Shown here piece by piece: positions 31,233 to 40,839 of a stretch of DNA of 64,000 nucleotides; position 1 is the stretch's first letter; each line of letters opens with the position of its first letter. The stretch is from the NCBI GenBank assembly GCA_037142615.1, contig JBAXAI010000014.1, forward strand, positions 1 through 64,000, in the 5' to 3' direction. This DNA comes from Spirochaetales bacterium. Lineage in GTDB: Bacteria > Spirochaetota > Spirochaetia > JABEVK01. The notes below the pieces were generated by a model. The model was given only the letters and a program-made list of their open reading frames with translations. It searched no databases and was not told the DNA's origin. A program made the translations under genes and the position numbers.

Positions 31233-32748
31233 TTCGTACTCCAGCCATCATGGCGCCGATCTCGTTGACGTCGGCTTTTTCGGCGGGCACGAGGCCCACG
31301 ATCTCACCCTTGCTGAGGGCGGCGATCCAGTCGCAAAGGCCCAGGATCTCGTCGAGTTCAAAGCTGACGAGCAAGACAGCCCTCCCCTTGTCGCGTTCGG
31401 CCACCAACCGCTGGTGGATGTACTCGATGGCTCCCACGTCGAGGCCGCGGGTGGGCTGGGCCACCACGAGCAGCTCAGGGCTCAGGTCGATCTCGCGGGC
31501 AATGATGGCCTTTTGCTGATTGCCCCCCGACATCGAACGGGCCTTGGTGACGGGACCCTGGCCAGCACGGATATCAAACTGCTCGATCATGGTCTTGGCG
31601 TGCTCAAGCATGGGCTTTTGATGCAACAGCCCCACCGCGTTGGAGTAGGGTGCACGGTCGAAGGTTTTCAGAACCAGATTCTCATCGAGCCGGAAGTCGA
31701 GCACCAACCCGTGTTTGTGCCGGTCTTCGGGCACGTGGCCGATTCCGTGGCGGATGCGGTCGCGGATGGTCATTTTGGTGATGTCCTCGCCGTTCAGCTC
31801 GATAGTGCCACCAGAAGGCGCAACCAACCCGGTGATGGCCGAAAGGAGCTCGGTCTGACCGTTGCCGTCGACACCGGCGATGCCGACGATTTCTCCGGCG
31901 CGCACTTCGAGGCTTAGGCCCCGCACCGCATCGTTGCCTTTGTCACCCTTGACGGTGAGGTTTTTCAGCGACAGCACCACTTTGCCGGGTTTGGCCGGAA
32001 CCTTGTCGAGGCCGAACTTGATCGGCCTACCCACCATCATTTCGGCCAGAGCCTGCTCGGTGGTGTCGGCGACGTTGACCGTGCCCACCACCTTGCCGCG
32101 GCGCAGCACCGTGCAGCGGTCGGCCGACTCGGTGATCTCCTTGAGCTTGTGGGTGATCAGGATGATGGTTTTTCCCTCGGCCTTGAGGCGGCCGAGCGTC
32201 ACCATCAGCTCGTCGATTTCCTGGGGCGTGAGAACCGCCGTCGGCTCGTCAAAAATCATCAGGTTGGCATTGCGGTACAGGATCTTGAGGATTTCGACCC
32301 GCTGTTGCATGCCGACCGTGATGCTTTCGATCTTGGCGCGCGGATCGACGTTCAGACTGTACTTTTCCGAGAGCGCGGCCACTCTGGCCTCGGCTTCGCG
32401 CAGGTCGGTGTTCCCTGCAAAGCCTCTGGGAATCTGCCCCAGGACGATGTTCTCGGTGACCGTGTAGTTGTGCACCAACTTGAAGTGCTGGTGCACCATG
32501 CCGATGCCGTGGGCGAAGGCGTCGTTGGGGTTGGTGATGGTCACCGGCTGGCCGTCGATGCGGATCGAGCCACCATCGGGATCGTACAGGCCGAAGAGGA
32601 TCGACATCAGCGTCGACTTCCCGGCGCCGTTTTCGCCCAGCAGAGCGTGAACCTCGTTAGGCTTCACCTGCAAGGTCACGTCGTCGTTGGCAATGATGCC
32701 GGGAAAAACCTTCGTGATGCCCAACATTTCGATGGCGTATTCGGCCAT
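31222..32748 (-). CDS. Nucleoside ABC ATPase (NupA-like, two NBDs)
   Basis: GENGAGKST, MVHQHF, SGGNQQK, QPTRGLDVGA. Confidence 0.93.
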   Translation of the reverse strand: MAEYAIEMLGITKVFPGIIANDDVTLQVKPNEVHALLGENGAGKSTLMSILFGLYDPDGGSIRIDGQPVTITNPNDAFAHGIGMVHQHFKLVHNYTVTENIVLGQIPRGFAGNTDLREAEARVAALSEKYSLNVDPRAKIESITVGMQQRVEILKILYRNANLMIFDEPTAVLTPQEIDELMVTLGRLKAEGKTIILITHKLKEITESADRCTVLRRGKVVGTVNVADTTEQALAEMMVGRPIKFGLDKVPAKPGKVVLSLKNLTVKGDKGNDAVRGLSLEVRAGEIVGIAGVDGNGQTELLSAITGLVAPSGGTIELNGEDITKMTIRDRIRHGIGHVPEDRHKHGLVLDFRLDENLVLKTFDRAPYSNAVGLLHQKPMLEHAKTMIEQFDIRAGQGPVTKARSMSGGNQQKAIIAREIDLSPELLVVAQPTRGLDVGAIEYIHQRLVAERDKGRAVLLVSFELDEILGLCDWIAALSKGEIVGLVPAEKADVNEIGAMMAGVRNVG

Positions 32749-32764
32749 GGAACCCCCTTGTCGC

Positions 32765-32810
32765 AAAAAAAGCCGACAGGCCAGTGTACAACACACTTGG
32801 GCCTGTCGGC
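32765..32810 (-). terminator. Intrinsic terminator/attenuator between the BMP and ATPase genes
   Basis: Minus strand: GCCGACAGGCC...GGCCTGTCGGC stem followed by T7. Confidence 0.75.
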
Positions 32811-32830
32811 GAAGAATTTACGCGGGAGAA

Positions 32831-33943
32831 CTAGTCGTCTTTGGCCTGCAGGTTCTGCGGGAAGCCGGGGAGGGCCTTCGCTTCCTTGTAGGTGGCGGCG
32901 ACCTTGATGGTACCGGCGATGATCTCGGCCTTGGCCTTGTTCACCGCGTCCACAATGTCCTTGCCCAACTCGGCGTTGGCGTCGCTGAAGCCTACACCGT
33001 CGGCCTTGGTGTCGAACACGGTGACTTCGGCCTTGAACGTGCCAGCCTTGACGGCGTTCAGCGCGTAGGCGGTCGATGCTTCGACGCGCTTGATCATCGA
33101 GGTCAACACGGCCGACTTACCGTCGGCGTAAACGCCGTCGGCGTATTGGTCGCTGTCGACACCGATGGCCCAGACGTTCTTGTCCTTGAGGCGGTATTCC
33201 TTGGCCTGAGCGATGGTGCCGTTTCCGGTACCGCCGGCGGCCGAGAAAATGGTGGTGACGCCGGAGTCGTACCAGTTTTTGGCTTGGGTCTTGGCCAGTT
33301 CGGGCTTGCCCCAGTCGTTGGCGTAGTAGTCGACAATCTTGGCGGTCGGGAGAACCGACAGGATGCCCTGGATGTAACCGACTTCGAACTTGGTGATGAC
33401 CGCGCCGGGCACGCCACCGATGAAGCCGAACTTGGGATCCTTGATTCCGTCAGCCTTGGCCTTGAGCGCCGCGGCGACACCAACCAGGTACGAGCCTTCG
33501 TGTTCGCTGAAGACGGCCTGCAAGACGTTGGGCAAGCCGACCCAATTCACGTCAACGATGAGGTACTTCTGGTCGGGGTAGCTCTTGGCCACTTCGGTCA
33601 GAGCGTCGGCCCAGGTGAAGCCCGTGACGATGATCAGGTCATACTTTTCGTCCGAAGCCTGCTTCAGGTTCGGGACGTACATGTCCTGGGTCTGGGCGGT
33701 GACCACATCGTAGGTTTTGCCCTTGCCGGCCGGGGACGCTGCGGTGTCGCCATAGAAGCCGACGATTCCGCGCCAAGCGGCGGCGTTGAACGACTTGTCA
33801 TCGATGCCTGTGGCGTCGGTGAGCAGCCGTACCGTGGTGGCCTTGACGGCGGGTGCCGCAGGAGCGGTAGGTGCGCAGCTGGCGAGCAGCAATCCGACCG
33901 CCACTCCAGCGATCGCCAAAACACTGAACTTATTCAGTTTCAT
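32831..33943 (-). CDS. BMP-family nucleoside-binding lipoprotein
   Basis: Lipobox LLASC, GIDDKSFN, EGSYLVG, IGVDSDQ, TSMIKRV. Confidence 0.93.
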   Translation of the reverse strand: MKLNKFSVLAIAGVAVGLLLASCAPTAPAAPAVKATTVRLLTDATGIDDKSFNAAAWRGIVGFYGDTAASPAGKGKTYDVVTAQTQDMYVPNLKQASDEKYDLIIVTGFTWADALTEVAKSYPDQKYLIVDVNWVGLPNVLQAVFSEHEGSYLVGVAAALKAKADGIKDPKFGFIGGVPGAVITKFEVGYIQGILSVLPTAKIVDYYANDWGKPELAKTQAKNWYDSGVTTIFSAAGGTGNGTIAQAKEYRLKDKNVWAIGVDSDQYADGVYADGKSAVLTSMIKRVEASTAYALNAVKAGTFKAEVTVFDTKADGVGFSDANAELGKDIVDAVNKAKAEIIAGTIKVAATYKEAKALPGFPQNLQAKDD

Positions 33944-33984
33944 GGGGTTGTTCCTCCTTGAAGAACGGGTAAGAGATGAGTTTC

Positions 33985-34013
33985 AGATTAGACCGTTCCG
34001 AAGTGTTCGTCAA
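33985..34013 (-). promoter_or_regulatory. Promoter of the nucleoside operon
   Basis: TTGACG, 17 nt, TAATCT on the minus strand; AAGGAGG RBS downstream. Confidence 0.65.
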
Positions 34014-34035
34014 ACGTTGGAAGATGACACTCTCG

Positions 34036-35499
34036 TCATCTTCCGAGGGCCTTGTTGTACATTTCGACGTAGACCTTGGCGCTGCGGTCCCACGAATAGT
34101 CCTGGGCCATGGCCGACTGCTGCATCTTGAGGTAGTGAGCCCGACGGTCGTACCAGGTGCTCACGGCCCAGCCCACGCTGAAGTAGATGGCGGTCGGGTT
34201 GGCGTCGGCAAACTTGAAGCCGGTTCCTTCGCCGGTGGCCTCGTTGTACTGAACCACGCTGTCATCGAGGCCGCCGGTGGCCCGCACGATGGGTAAGGTG
34301 CCGTACTTGAGCGAGTACAGCTGGTTGAGGCCGCAGGGCTCAAAGATAGAGGGCATAATGAAATAGTCGCTGCCGGCCTCGATGAGGTGGCTGAGCGCCT
34401 CGTCATAGCCGATCCAAGTGCCGATTTTGCCCGGGAAGCGTCGGGGAAGGTCACCGTAGAAGCTTTCGAGCACCTTGTCGCCCGAACCGAGCACGACGAA
34501 CTGCACCCGCATGTCGGTGACGATGCCCTCGAGCACTTCGGCCAGCTGGTCGAGGCCCTTCTGGGCGGCAAAGCGGCTCACCACGCCGATGATGGGAACT
34601 TCTGCGTCGATTTCGAGGCCGAAGCGCTCTTGCAGGGCCTTTTTGCACACGGCCTTGCCCCCCAAGTCTTTGGCGCTGTAGGTGGCGGGCAGGGTCTTGT
34701 CGGTTTCGGGGGTCCATTGGGCGTAGTCGACGCCGTTGAGGATGCCCCAATAGCTTTCGCCGCGGTTGTTGAGATACGGCGCAAGGCCGTAGCCCAGTTC
34801 GGGGGTCTTGGTCTCTTTGGCGTAGGTGGGGCTGACGGTGCTCACCCAGTGGGCCGACGAAATGCCTCCCTTGAGCAGGTTGAGCTTGCCCCAGCTTTCG
34901 AACTTGTCGGGGTGGAAGTTGGCCCAGCCCAACCCCAGGTAGTCGACCGCCGCTTTGTCGTACACTCCCTGGTAGGCGATGTTGTGAATGGTCAGCACTG
35001 TGGCGGCTTTGCCTAGAACCGGATCACTGTGGTACCAGTCGCGCGTCGCCGTCACGGCCACCGCACCCTGCCAGTCGTGGCCGTGCACGATGTCGGGGGC
35101 AAAACCCAGGGCCTTGCACAACTGGAGTGCCGCCAAACCCAAAAACCCGAAGCGCAGCGCGTTGTCGAGGTAGTCGTTCAGTTGGGCGTCGTGGTAGTAC
35201 CCGATACGGTCGAAGTAGGTTTGGAACTCGATGAAATAGGTGGTGAAGCCCGCGACGTCGCTCTTGAATACGGCGCACCATTCCTCGCCGGTGCCCGTGT
35301 GCACGCAGAACGGCGCCAGAGCCAATTCCAGCTTGAACTTGGCGCGGTTGATGGCCGAGTACAGCGGCATCACGACGATAGCTTCGTGACCGAGTTGCTT
35401 GAGGGCGAGCGGAAGCGCCCCCACCACGTCGGCCAAGCCGCCGGTCTTCGCGAAGGGAACGCATTCCGAACTCACCATGAGAACTTTGAGGGGTTTCAT
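34036..35499 (-). CDS. glgA: Glycogen synthase
   Basis: PFAKTGGLADV, HGHDWQ, TIHNIAYQG, FEPCGLNQ, RATGGL. Confidence 0.96.
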   Translation of the reverse strand: MKPLKVLMVSSECVPFAKTGGLADVVGALPLALKQLGHEAIVVMPLYSAINRAKFKLELALAPFCVHTGTGEEWCAVFKSDVAGFTTYFIEFQTYFDRIGYYHDAQLNDYLDNALRFGFLGLAALQLCKALGFAPDIVHGHDWQGAVAVTATRDWYHSDPVLGKAATVLTIHNIAYQGVYDKAAVDYLGLGWANFHPDKFESWGKLNLLKGGISSAHWVSTVSPTYAKETKTPELGYGLAPYLNNRGESYWGILNGVDYAQWTPETDKTLPATYSAKDLGGKAVCKKALQERFGLEIDAEVPIIGVVSRFAAQKGLDQLAEVLEGIVTDMRVQFVVLGSGDKVLESFYGDLPRRFPGKIGTWIGYDEALSHLIEAGSDYFIMPSIFEPCGLNQLYSLKYGTLPIVRATGGLDDSVVQYNEATGEGTGFKFADANPTAIYFSVGWAVSTWYDRRAHYLKMQQSAMAQDYSWDRSAKVYVEMYNKALGR

Positions 35500-35519
35500 C
35501 CGTCCAGCCTAGTTCAGAG

Positions 35520-37727
35520 TCAGCTGTCCTGCAATGCCGCGAGTGCGGTGTGGCTCTTGCGCAGCCGTTTTGAGATGACCGAACTGAGGGTTTCGAAGAA
35601 CTTGGCGGCCGCGTGCGGATCCTTGAGGGCGGCCTCGTCGAAGGCTTCGCGGCGCAACACGTACAGGCTCACCTTTCCCTGCGCCACGGCATCGGCCGAA
35701 CGGGTCTCGTTGTCCAAAAACGCCATGTCGCCAAAGAATCCGCCGCGGTTGAAGGTCGCGAGGTGGAAGCCCTGGTCACCCGCCAGAGGCAGCACGATCT
35801 TCACCTCGCCCGACCGGATCAGGTACAGTTCTCGGCCGGCATCACCTTTGAGGAAGATCTTCTCGCCGCTTTTCCAGGTCTTGGCCTCGGCGGTATGGCG
35901 GAAGCGTTCGACCAGGCCCTCGGGAAAGTCCTCAAAGAGTTCGAACTCGGCGAGGTCCATTTCCAGCTGTTCATTGGCGCCGCCCGGGGTCAGCTCGCGG
36001 ATGGTTTCGTCTTCGGCCCATTCGAGCGCTGCGTCGAGGTCGGGGCAGAACTTCAGGTTGCTGGTTTCGTCGGTGAGGCCGAGTTCGGCCAGGTACTTCT
36101 TGGCGTCAAGGCCGGTGGGAAGGCTGCGCGGAACCGAGGCCAGCACCAGCGTGCCGCCAAAGTCCTTGAGCTGGCCCAGAATCTGCTTGAGCATGTTGGC
36201 GGCCGTGTAGTCGACCGACTGCACGTTGCGCATGTTGACGATCACGTACCGGCTGACTCGGAACGACGACTCCATTTCGGTGTACAGCTGGTCGGCCGTA
36301 CCGAAAAACAGCTGGCCCTGCACGTCGAACACCATGGTGCGGTTGCCCGAGCCCTCGAGAATCTGCAGTTCGTCGGTGGGTCGGCTCTTGCGGCTGAAAA
36401 TGCGATCGCCGGGGATCTTGCGGCGGACGACCGAGGAGCGAAGCTGGTCGCGCAGGAACAGCACAATGGCGAGCGCGATGCCTACTCCGCTGGCCACGAT
36501 GAGGCTGAAGCTGAGCGCGGCGACGATGACGGCCAAAATGACCACGAAGTCGAACACCGTGGTGCGGTGGCGCAGAAGGTGCACGCTGTGACGGTCGATC
36601 ATGCGGATGCCCACGACGATGAGGATGCCCGCCAAGGCGGAAACGGGAAGCCAGGCGATGACCGGGAGCAACAGCAGAGCGACGATGAGAGAAAAGCTTC
36701 CCGACAGCACGCCCGAGAACTTGGTCTTGGCGCCGCTGTTCAGGTTGACCATGGTGGCTCCCATGGTGCCGGCTCCGGGCATGCCACCCAGGAAGCCGGC
36801 GACCATGTTGCCCAAGCCCTGGCCCACGAGTTCTTTGTTCGAGTTGTGGCGTGAGTGCGTCACCACGTCGAGGATGACGCAGGTTTTGAGGGTGTCGATG
36901 GAAAGCAGCGCCGCAAGGGTGAGCACCGGCGTGGACAGCAACATCAGATCGGCCGGCCCGAGCGACAATACCTGCCCCCACGAGTTGGCTAGGTCGGTGA
37001 AGTAGCCCAGACCCGCCACCGGAATGGCCCCGATGACCATCTTGTTGTGTTCCAGCACCAGGAGCGTGGGGTCAAACAACCCGAGACCGAAGTAGGTGAG
37101 CGTGCCCACCGTGAGTGCGATGATGGCCGCGGGGATGGCCTTTATGATCTTGCCCGCCAGCAACATCACCGCCATGGCGACCAGCCCGACGACAATGGCC
37201 TGCCAATGCCAGCCCTGCGGTTGGGTAGCCAGCTGCCACAGGTTCCAGTCCTTGGGGGCGCCCAGCAGTTTGGGAAGTTGACCCGTGACGATGATTAGTC
37301 CGACACCGCTGAGGTAGCCGGCCACTACCGGGTAAGGAATGTACTTGATGATCTTGCCGCCGCCGAGCCGGCCGACGATCAGCTGCGTGAGCCCGGCCAG
37401 CACCGCCGTGAGTGACACCAGCAGCAGGATGCGTGGCGGCGAGTAACCACCCTGAGCCACCAGTGTGGCCGTGAACACCGAAAGCACGGCCGCCGCGGGA
37501 GCGCAGGGGGCCGAGATGAGCCGGGGCGTGCCACCAAAGAGGGCTGCCACAAGCCCCAGCGCGAAGGCTCCCACAATCCCGCTGAAGGCGGCTTGTCCTG
37601 TCAGTTCTGGGCCCAGCGGAGCGAAAACGATGAGGGCGTACGCGATGGCTGACGGCAAAGCCACCAGCATGGCAGTCAGGCCGCCGAAAATATCGCCGGA
37701 CTGAAGGGAACGGTTGGGAGTGCTCAT
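35520..37727 (-). CDS. SulP anion transporter with STAS and cNMP-binding domains
   Basis: GDIFGGLTAMLVALPSAIAY, NKELVGQGLGN, GQLFFG, FFGDMAFLDNETRSA. Confidence 0.9.
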   Translation of the reverse strand: MSTPNRSLQSGDIFGGLTAMLVALPSAIAYALIVFAPLGPELTGQAAFSGIVGAFALGLVAALFGGTPRLISAPCAPAAAVLSVFTATLVAQGGYSPPRILLLVSLTAVLAGLTQLIVGRLGGGKIIKYIPYPVVAGYLSGVGLIIVTGQLPKLLGAPKDWNLWQLATQPQGWHWQAIVVGLVAMAVMLLAGKIIKAIPAAIIALTVGTLTYFGLGLFDPTLLVLEHNKMVIGAIPVAGLGYFTDLANSWGQVLSLGPADLMLLSTPVLTLAALLSIDTLKTCVILDVVTHSRHNSNKELVGQGLGNMVAGFLGGMPGAGTMGATMVNLNSGAKTKFSGVLSGSFSLIVALLLLPVIAWLPVSALAGILIVVGIRMIDRHSVHLLRHRTTVFDFVVILAVIVAALSFSLIVASGVGIALAIVLFLRDQLRSSVVRRKIPGDRIFSRKSRPTDELQILEGSGNRTMVFDVQGQLFFGTADQLYTEMESSFRVSRYVIVNMRNVQSVDYTAANMLKQILGQLKDFGGTLVLASVPRSLPTGLDAKKYLAELGLTDETSNLKFCPDLDAALEWAEDETIRELTPGGANEQLEMDLAEFELFEDFPEGLVERFRHTAEAKTWKSGEKIFLKGDAGRELYLIRSGEVKIVLPLAGDQGFHLATFNRGGFFGDMAFLDNETRSADAVAQGKVSLYVLRREAFDEAALKDPHAAAKFFETLSSVISKRLRKSHTALAALQDS

Positions 37728-38587
37728 CCTTCTATTGTCGGTCGGCCGGCCCAAACGAGCAAGGCGCAAGCGCTGAGAGTTAACAGGGCTCCCACAACCT
37801 CGAGCGGCTGGAACGCCTCGCCAAAGAGCACCACGCCGGCCACGATGTTCACCACCGGAACCAGCGTGCCCAGAAGGCTGCCGGTGCTCACGTTGACGTG
37901 CTTGTAGCTCCAGGTCATCAGCAGTTGCCCCGTGGCCGCCAGCAGCCCGATGGCCAGCAAGAGCACGGCCGGCAACCAGCCCACGGGCGACGCCACGGCA
38001 TGGGCCGGCAGCAACACGAGCCAGAAACCGCCGATGCACTGCGCCAAGAAGATGGAACTGCTCGACTCGGTCGCGCTGAGCTTTTTGACGTACATGATGG
38101 CCAATCCCGAGAGCACCCCGCTGGCAAAGGCGCTCAGAACCCACCAGTTCCAGTGGCCGCTCCCCAACGACGGGAGTTCGACCAGCACCAGGCCCGCGAT
38201 CGCGAGCACCAGCAAGACGACCATCTTCCATGTGATCTTTTCGCCCAGGAACAGGGCGCTGAACAAGATGGCGTAAAACGGGTAGGAATACTGAAACAGC
38301 GAGGTCTTGCCCAGGCCGATTTCGTTGATCGGGGCCAGGTACAAGGCCACGCTGAGGCCGCCCACGAGCCCGCGCCACACCAAGCCTTTCAGGTCGGTGA
38401 ACTTGAGTTCGACCTTGCCAAACAGGGCCAGTGTGACAATGACGAGCGCTCCGATGGCAAAGCGGTAAAACGCGGCCACCAGCCCGCTCAGGCCCGGCTC
38501 GAACCGGATCAAGATGGCCATCAGGCAAAAGAACAGGTTGGAGACCAGCATGGCCGAAACGCCGACGGTGTAGCGGGAACGGGGCAT
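37724..38587 (-). CDS. DMT/EamA transporter
   Basis: About 10 TM segments, AFYRFAIG, LFLGEKIT, LFGE. Confidence 0.88.
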   Translation of the reverse strand: MPRSRYTVGVSAMLVSNLFFCLMAILIRFEPGLSGLVAAFYRFAIGALVIVTLALFGKVELKFTDLKGLVWRGLVGGLSVALYLAPINEIGLGKTSLFQYSYPFYAILFSALFLGEKITWKMVVLLVLAIAGLVLVELPSLGSGHWNWWVLSAFASGVLSGLAIMYVKKLSATESSSSIFLAQCIGGFWLVLLPAHAVASPVGWLPAVLLLAIGLLAATGQLLMTWSYKHVNVSTGSLLGTLVPVVNIVAGVVLFGEAFQPLEVVGALLTLSACALLVWAGRPTIEG

Positions 38588-38607
38588 GCTGGCCAGAGTA
38601 GCACAGG

Positions 38608-39573
38608 TCAGCTGTGGTTGTTCGCCGCCTGCGTATGGGCCTTCCACGTGTCGGCCACCGCCACCTCGACCGGCGTGGCCTTCCAGCCAAAGCGGGCCTC
38701 AAACGCCGAAGCGTCGAGCGTGAAGGGTCGGTCAAACTGGTAGAGCATCTCGCCCAACTCGCGGATCATGGCGTCGAACAGGCCGAGCCCCTGCAACAGG
38801 ATTTTGGGCAGAGTTCCCACTTTGACAGCGATTTGCGCCACCTGACAGAACTGGGCGGTCATTTCGCGGGCGGTGAGCGGCCCCACACTGGGGCAGATCC
38901 ACACCTGGCCCCAGGCGTCGGGGGTGAGCGCCACGTCGGCCAGCGCGCGGGCGTAGTCGGGCAGGTAGGTGTAGCAGTGCTTCGCGTCGGCGCTTCCCAA
39001 AAAGGCCACCGACTTACCGGCCTCGAACCCAGGGAAGAAGCGGCTGCCGAAGTGCGAGTTGCCAGATCTTGTTGCCCCGGGGCCAAAGTAGTCGCTGGCA
39101 CGCACGGAAACGGCTTTGACCTTGCCGGCCTGGTGCTGAGCCAGCCACTGCTGGCTCAGTTTCAGGCGCAGCGCCCCCTTTCGCGTCGGCGGCACCTCGG
39201 CGGTCTTTTCGGTGAGGGGCAGGGTGCTAGCGTCGTACGAATACAGGTTTTCGACGAACACGACGACGGCACCGGTTTTTTCGGCCACTTGCAGCACGGC
39301 GTCTTGCAGCGGAGGCAGGCCGACGGCCCATTGCGGATACGGTAGCCCGACCGCGTGGACGAGGATGGTGGCCCCTTCGGCGGCCCGGGCGAGGGCTACG
39401 GCGTCGCTGGCGTCGGCCTGCCGGGTTTCGATGGGCTGTGTGGCGCCGGGCAGGGTGACGGGCTTGCCGCTGCGGGTGACGAAGCGAACGCTTACGCCGC
39501 GCTTTTGAAACTCGGCGGCGGTGGCGAGCCCGACGGGGCCGGCACCAAGAATAACGGCGAGAGAAGTGGCCAT
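38608..39573 (-). CDS. NAD-dependent epimerase/dehydratase (atypical SDR)
   Basis: VILGAGPVG, ENLYSY, RASDYFGPG. Confidence 0.88.
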   Translation of the reverse strand: MATSLAVILGAGPVGLATAAEFQKRGVSVRFVTRSGKPVTLPGATQPIETRQADASDAVALARAAEGATILVHAVGLPYPQWAVGLPPLQDAVLQVAEKTGAVVVFVENLYSYDASTLPLTEKTAEVPPTRKGALRLKLSQQWLAQHQAGKVKAVSVRASDYFGPGATRSGNSHFGSRFFPGFEAGKSVAFLGSADAKHCYTYLPDYARALADVALTPDAWGQVWICPSVGPLTAREMTAQFCQVAQIAVKVGTLPKILLQGLGLFDAMIRELGEMLYQFDRPFTLDASAFEARFGWKATPVEVAVADTWKAHTQAANNHS

Positions 39574-39584
39574 GAAATGCTCCT

Positions 39585-39667
39585 ATGTGGTCAGTGTCCA
39601 CATCAACCTAACACTGTTTGTGGGCACTGTCAACATCCTTGAACAACTTTCGGTTTGGGTCTACGCT
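39585..39667. promoter_or_regulatory. Divergent promoters with two TetR-type operators
   Basis: ATGTGGTCAGTGTCCACAT (39585-603) and inverted variant TTGTGGGCACTGTCAACAT (39618-36). Minus strand TTGACA-17-TAGGTT; plus strand TTGAAC-17-TACGCT-6-ATG. Confidence 0.75.
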
Positions 39668-39673
39668 CAACGC

Positions 39674-40249
39674 ATGAATGTCCGCGAGACCTACCATCAC
39701 GGTGACCTGCGAACGGCCCTTGTTTCCGAAGGGCTCAGGCAGCTCGAAGCCCACGGCGAGGCCGAACTCAGCTTGCGAGCGCTGGCCAAGACCGCCGGGG
39801 TTTCGCCCAACGCCCCCTACCGGCATTTTGCCGACAAGCGGGCCCTGCTAGCCGCGTTGGCTGCCGAAGGCTTCCGCCGTTTTGCCGAGGTCATCGCCGG
39901 TGCCGGGGCGGGGCAATTCCCGGTTGAGGTGCTGTTTGCGCAAGGCCGCGCGTACCTCGCGTTTGCCTCCGCCCAGCCCGAGTTGTATCGGCTGATGTTC
40001 AGTCCCTACGGCTATTCGCTCAACAGTGTGAGCTGCAAAACCGAGGCCGAGCGGGCCTTCGGAGCCTTGGTCGCGGCCACCGCACGGGCGCAGGCCACTG
40101 GCTGGAAGTCCCAGCACGGCCTGATGGCGGTGGCGCTGGCCTACTGGGGCGGGCTGCACGGCACCGTCGGGCTCCTGGGCGACCGCCTGCTGCCGCCCGA
40201 AGTCGAGGCCCCCGACGTCGAAACCTGGTTGGAGGTGTATTTGTCATGA
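39674..40249 (+). CDS. TetR-family regulator
   Basis: YHHGDLRTAL, LSLRALAKTAGVSPNAPYRHFADK. Confidence 0.93.
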   Translation: MNVRETYHHGDLRTALVSEGLRQLEAHGEAELSLRALAKTAGVSPNAPYRHFADKRALLAALAAEGFRRFAEVIAGAGAGQFPVEVLFAQGRAYLAFASAQPELYRLMFSPYGYSLNSVSCKTEAERAFGALVAATARAQATGWKSQHGLMAVALAYWGGLHGTVGLLGDRLLPPEVEAPDVETWLEVYLS

Positions 40250-40839
40250 AACTCCCGCTGACTCCCGTCGAAGTGACCGTGCCACCGTTGCCGTACTTTG
40301 TGGTCGAGGGCCAGGGCGACCCGAACGGCCCTGACTTTCAGCAGGCCGTGGAAGCGCTCTACGCGCTGGCCTATGGGGTGCGCATGGCCCCGAAAAACAA
40401 GTTGGAACTCGCCGGGTGGGTGGAGTTCAAGGTGTTCCCTCTCGAGGGGGTTTGGGACCTCATCGTGCCGGAGTCGGGCCCGGTGAGGCTCGACAACCTG
40501 AAGTACCGCGCCATGATCCGCCAGCCGGACTTTTTGGACGAGGCCGCGGCCGCACAGGTTCTCGCTGCTGTCCGTGCGAAAAAGAAGTTGCCGCGTCTGG
40601 CTGGCGCCACGTTCGAACGCCTTGCCGACGGCCGCTGCGTCGAGATGCTCCACTTGGGCCCCTTTGCCAACGAGCCATCGACCTTTCTCAAAATGCGCGA
40701 CTTTTGCCGCAAAGAAAGCCTGGCCCGCGTGGGCAAAACCCACCGTGAAATCTACCTCAGCGATCCGCGCAAGACCGAGCCCGACAAGCTTAAGACCCTG
40801 CTGCGGTTCCCCGTCCGCGACGACTACTCGTGCATCTGA
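40246..40839 (+). CDS. GyrI-like small-molecule-binding protein
   Basis: EGQGDPN, PLEGVW, MIRQPDF, HLGPF, HREIYLSDPRK. Confidence 0.88.
   Translation: MKLPLTPVEVTVPPLPYFVVEGQGDPNGPDFQQAVEALYALAYGVRMAPKNKLELAGWVEFKVFPLEGVWDLIVPESGPVRLDNLKYRAMIRQPDFLDEAAAAQVLAAVRAKKKLPRLAGATFERLADGRCVEMLHLGPFANEPSTFLKMRDFCRKESLARVGKTHREIYLSDPRKTEPDKLKTLLRFPVRDDYSCI

Noticed and set aside
35520-38735. 1071-aa SulP with a long N-terminal extension
   Set aside because: The extension is an off-frame read across the DMT gene; SulP similarity starts at 37727.
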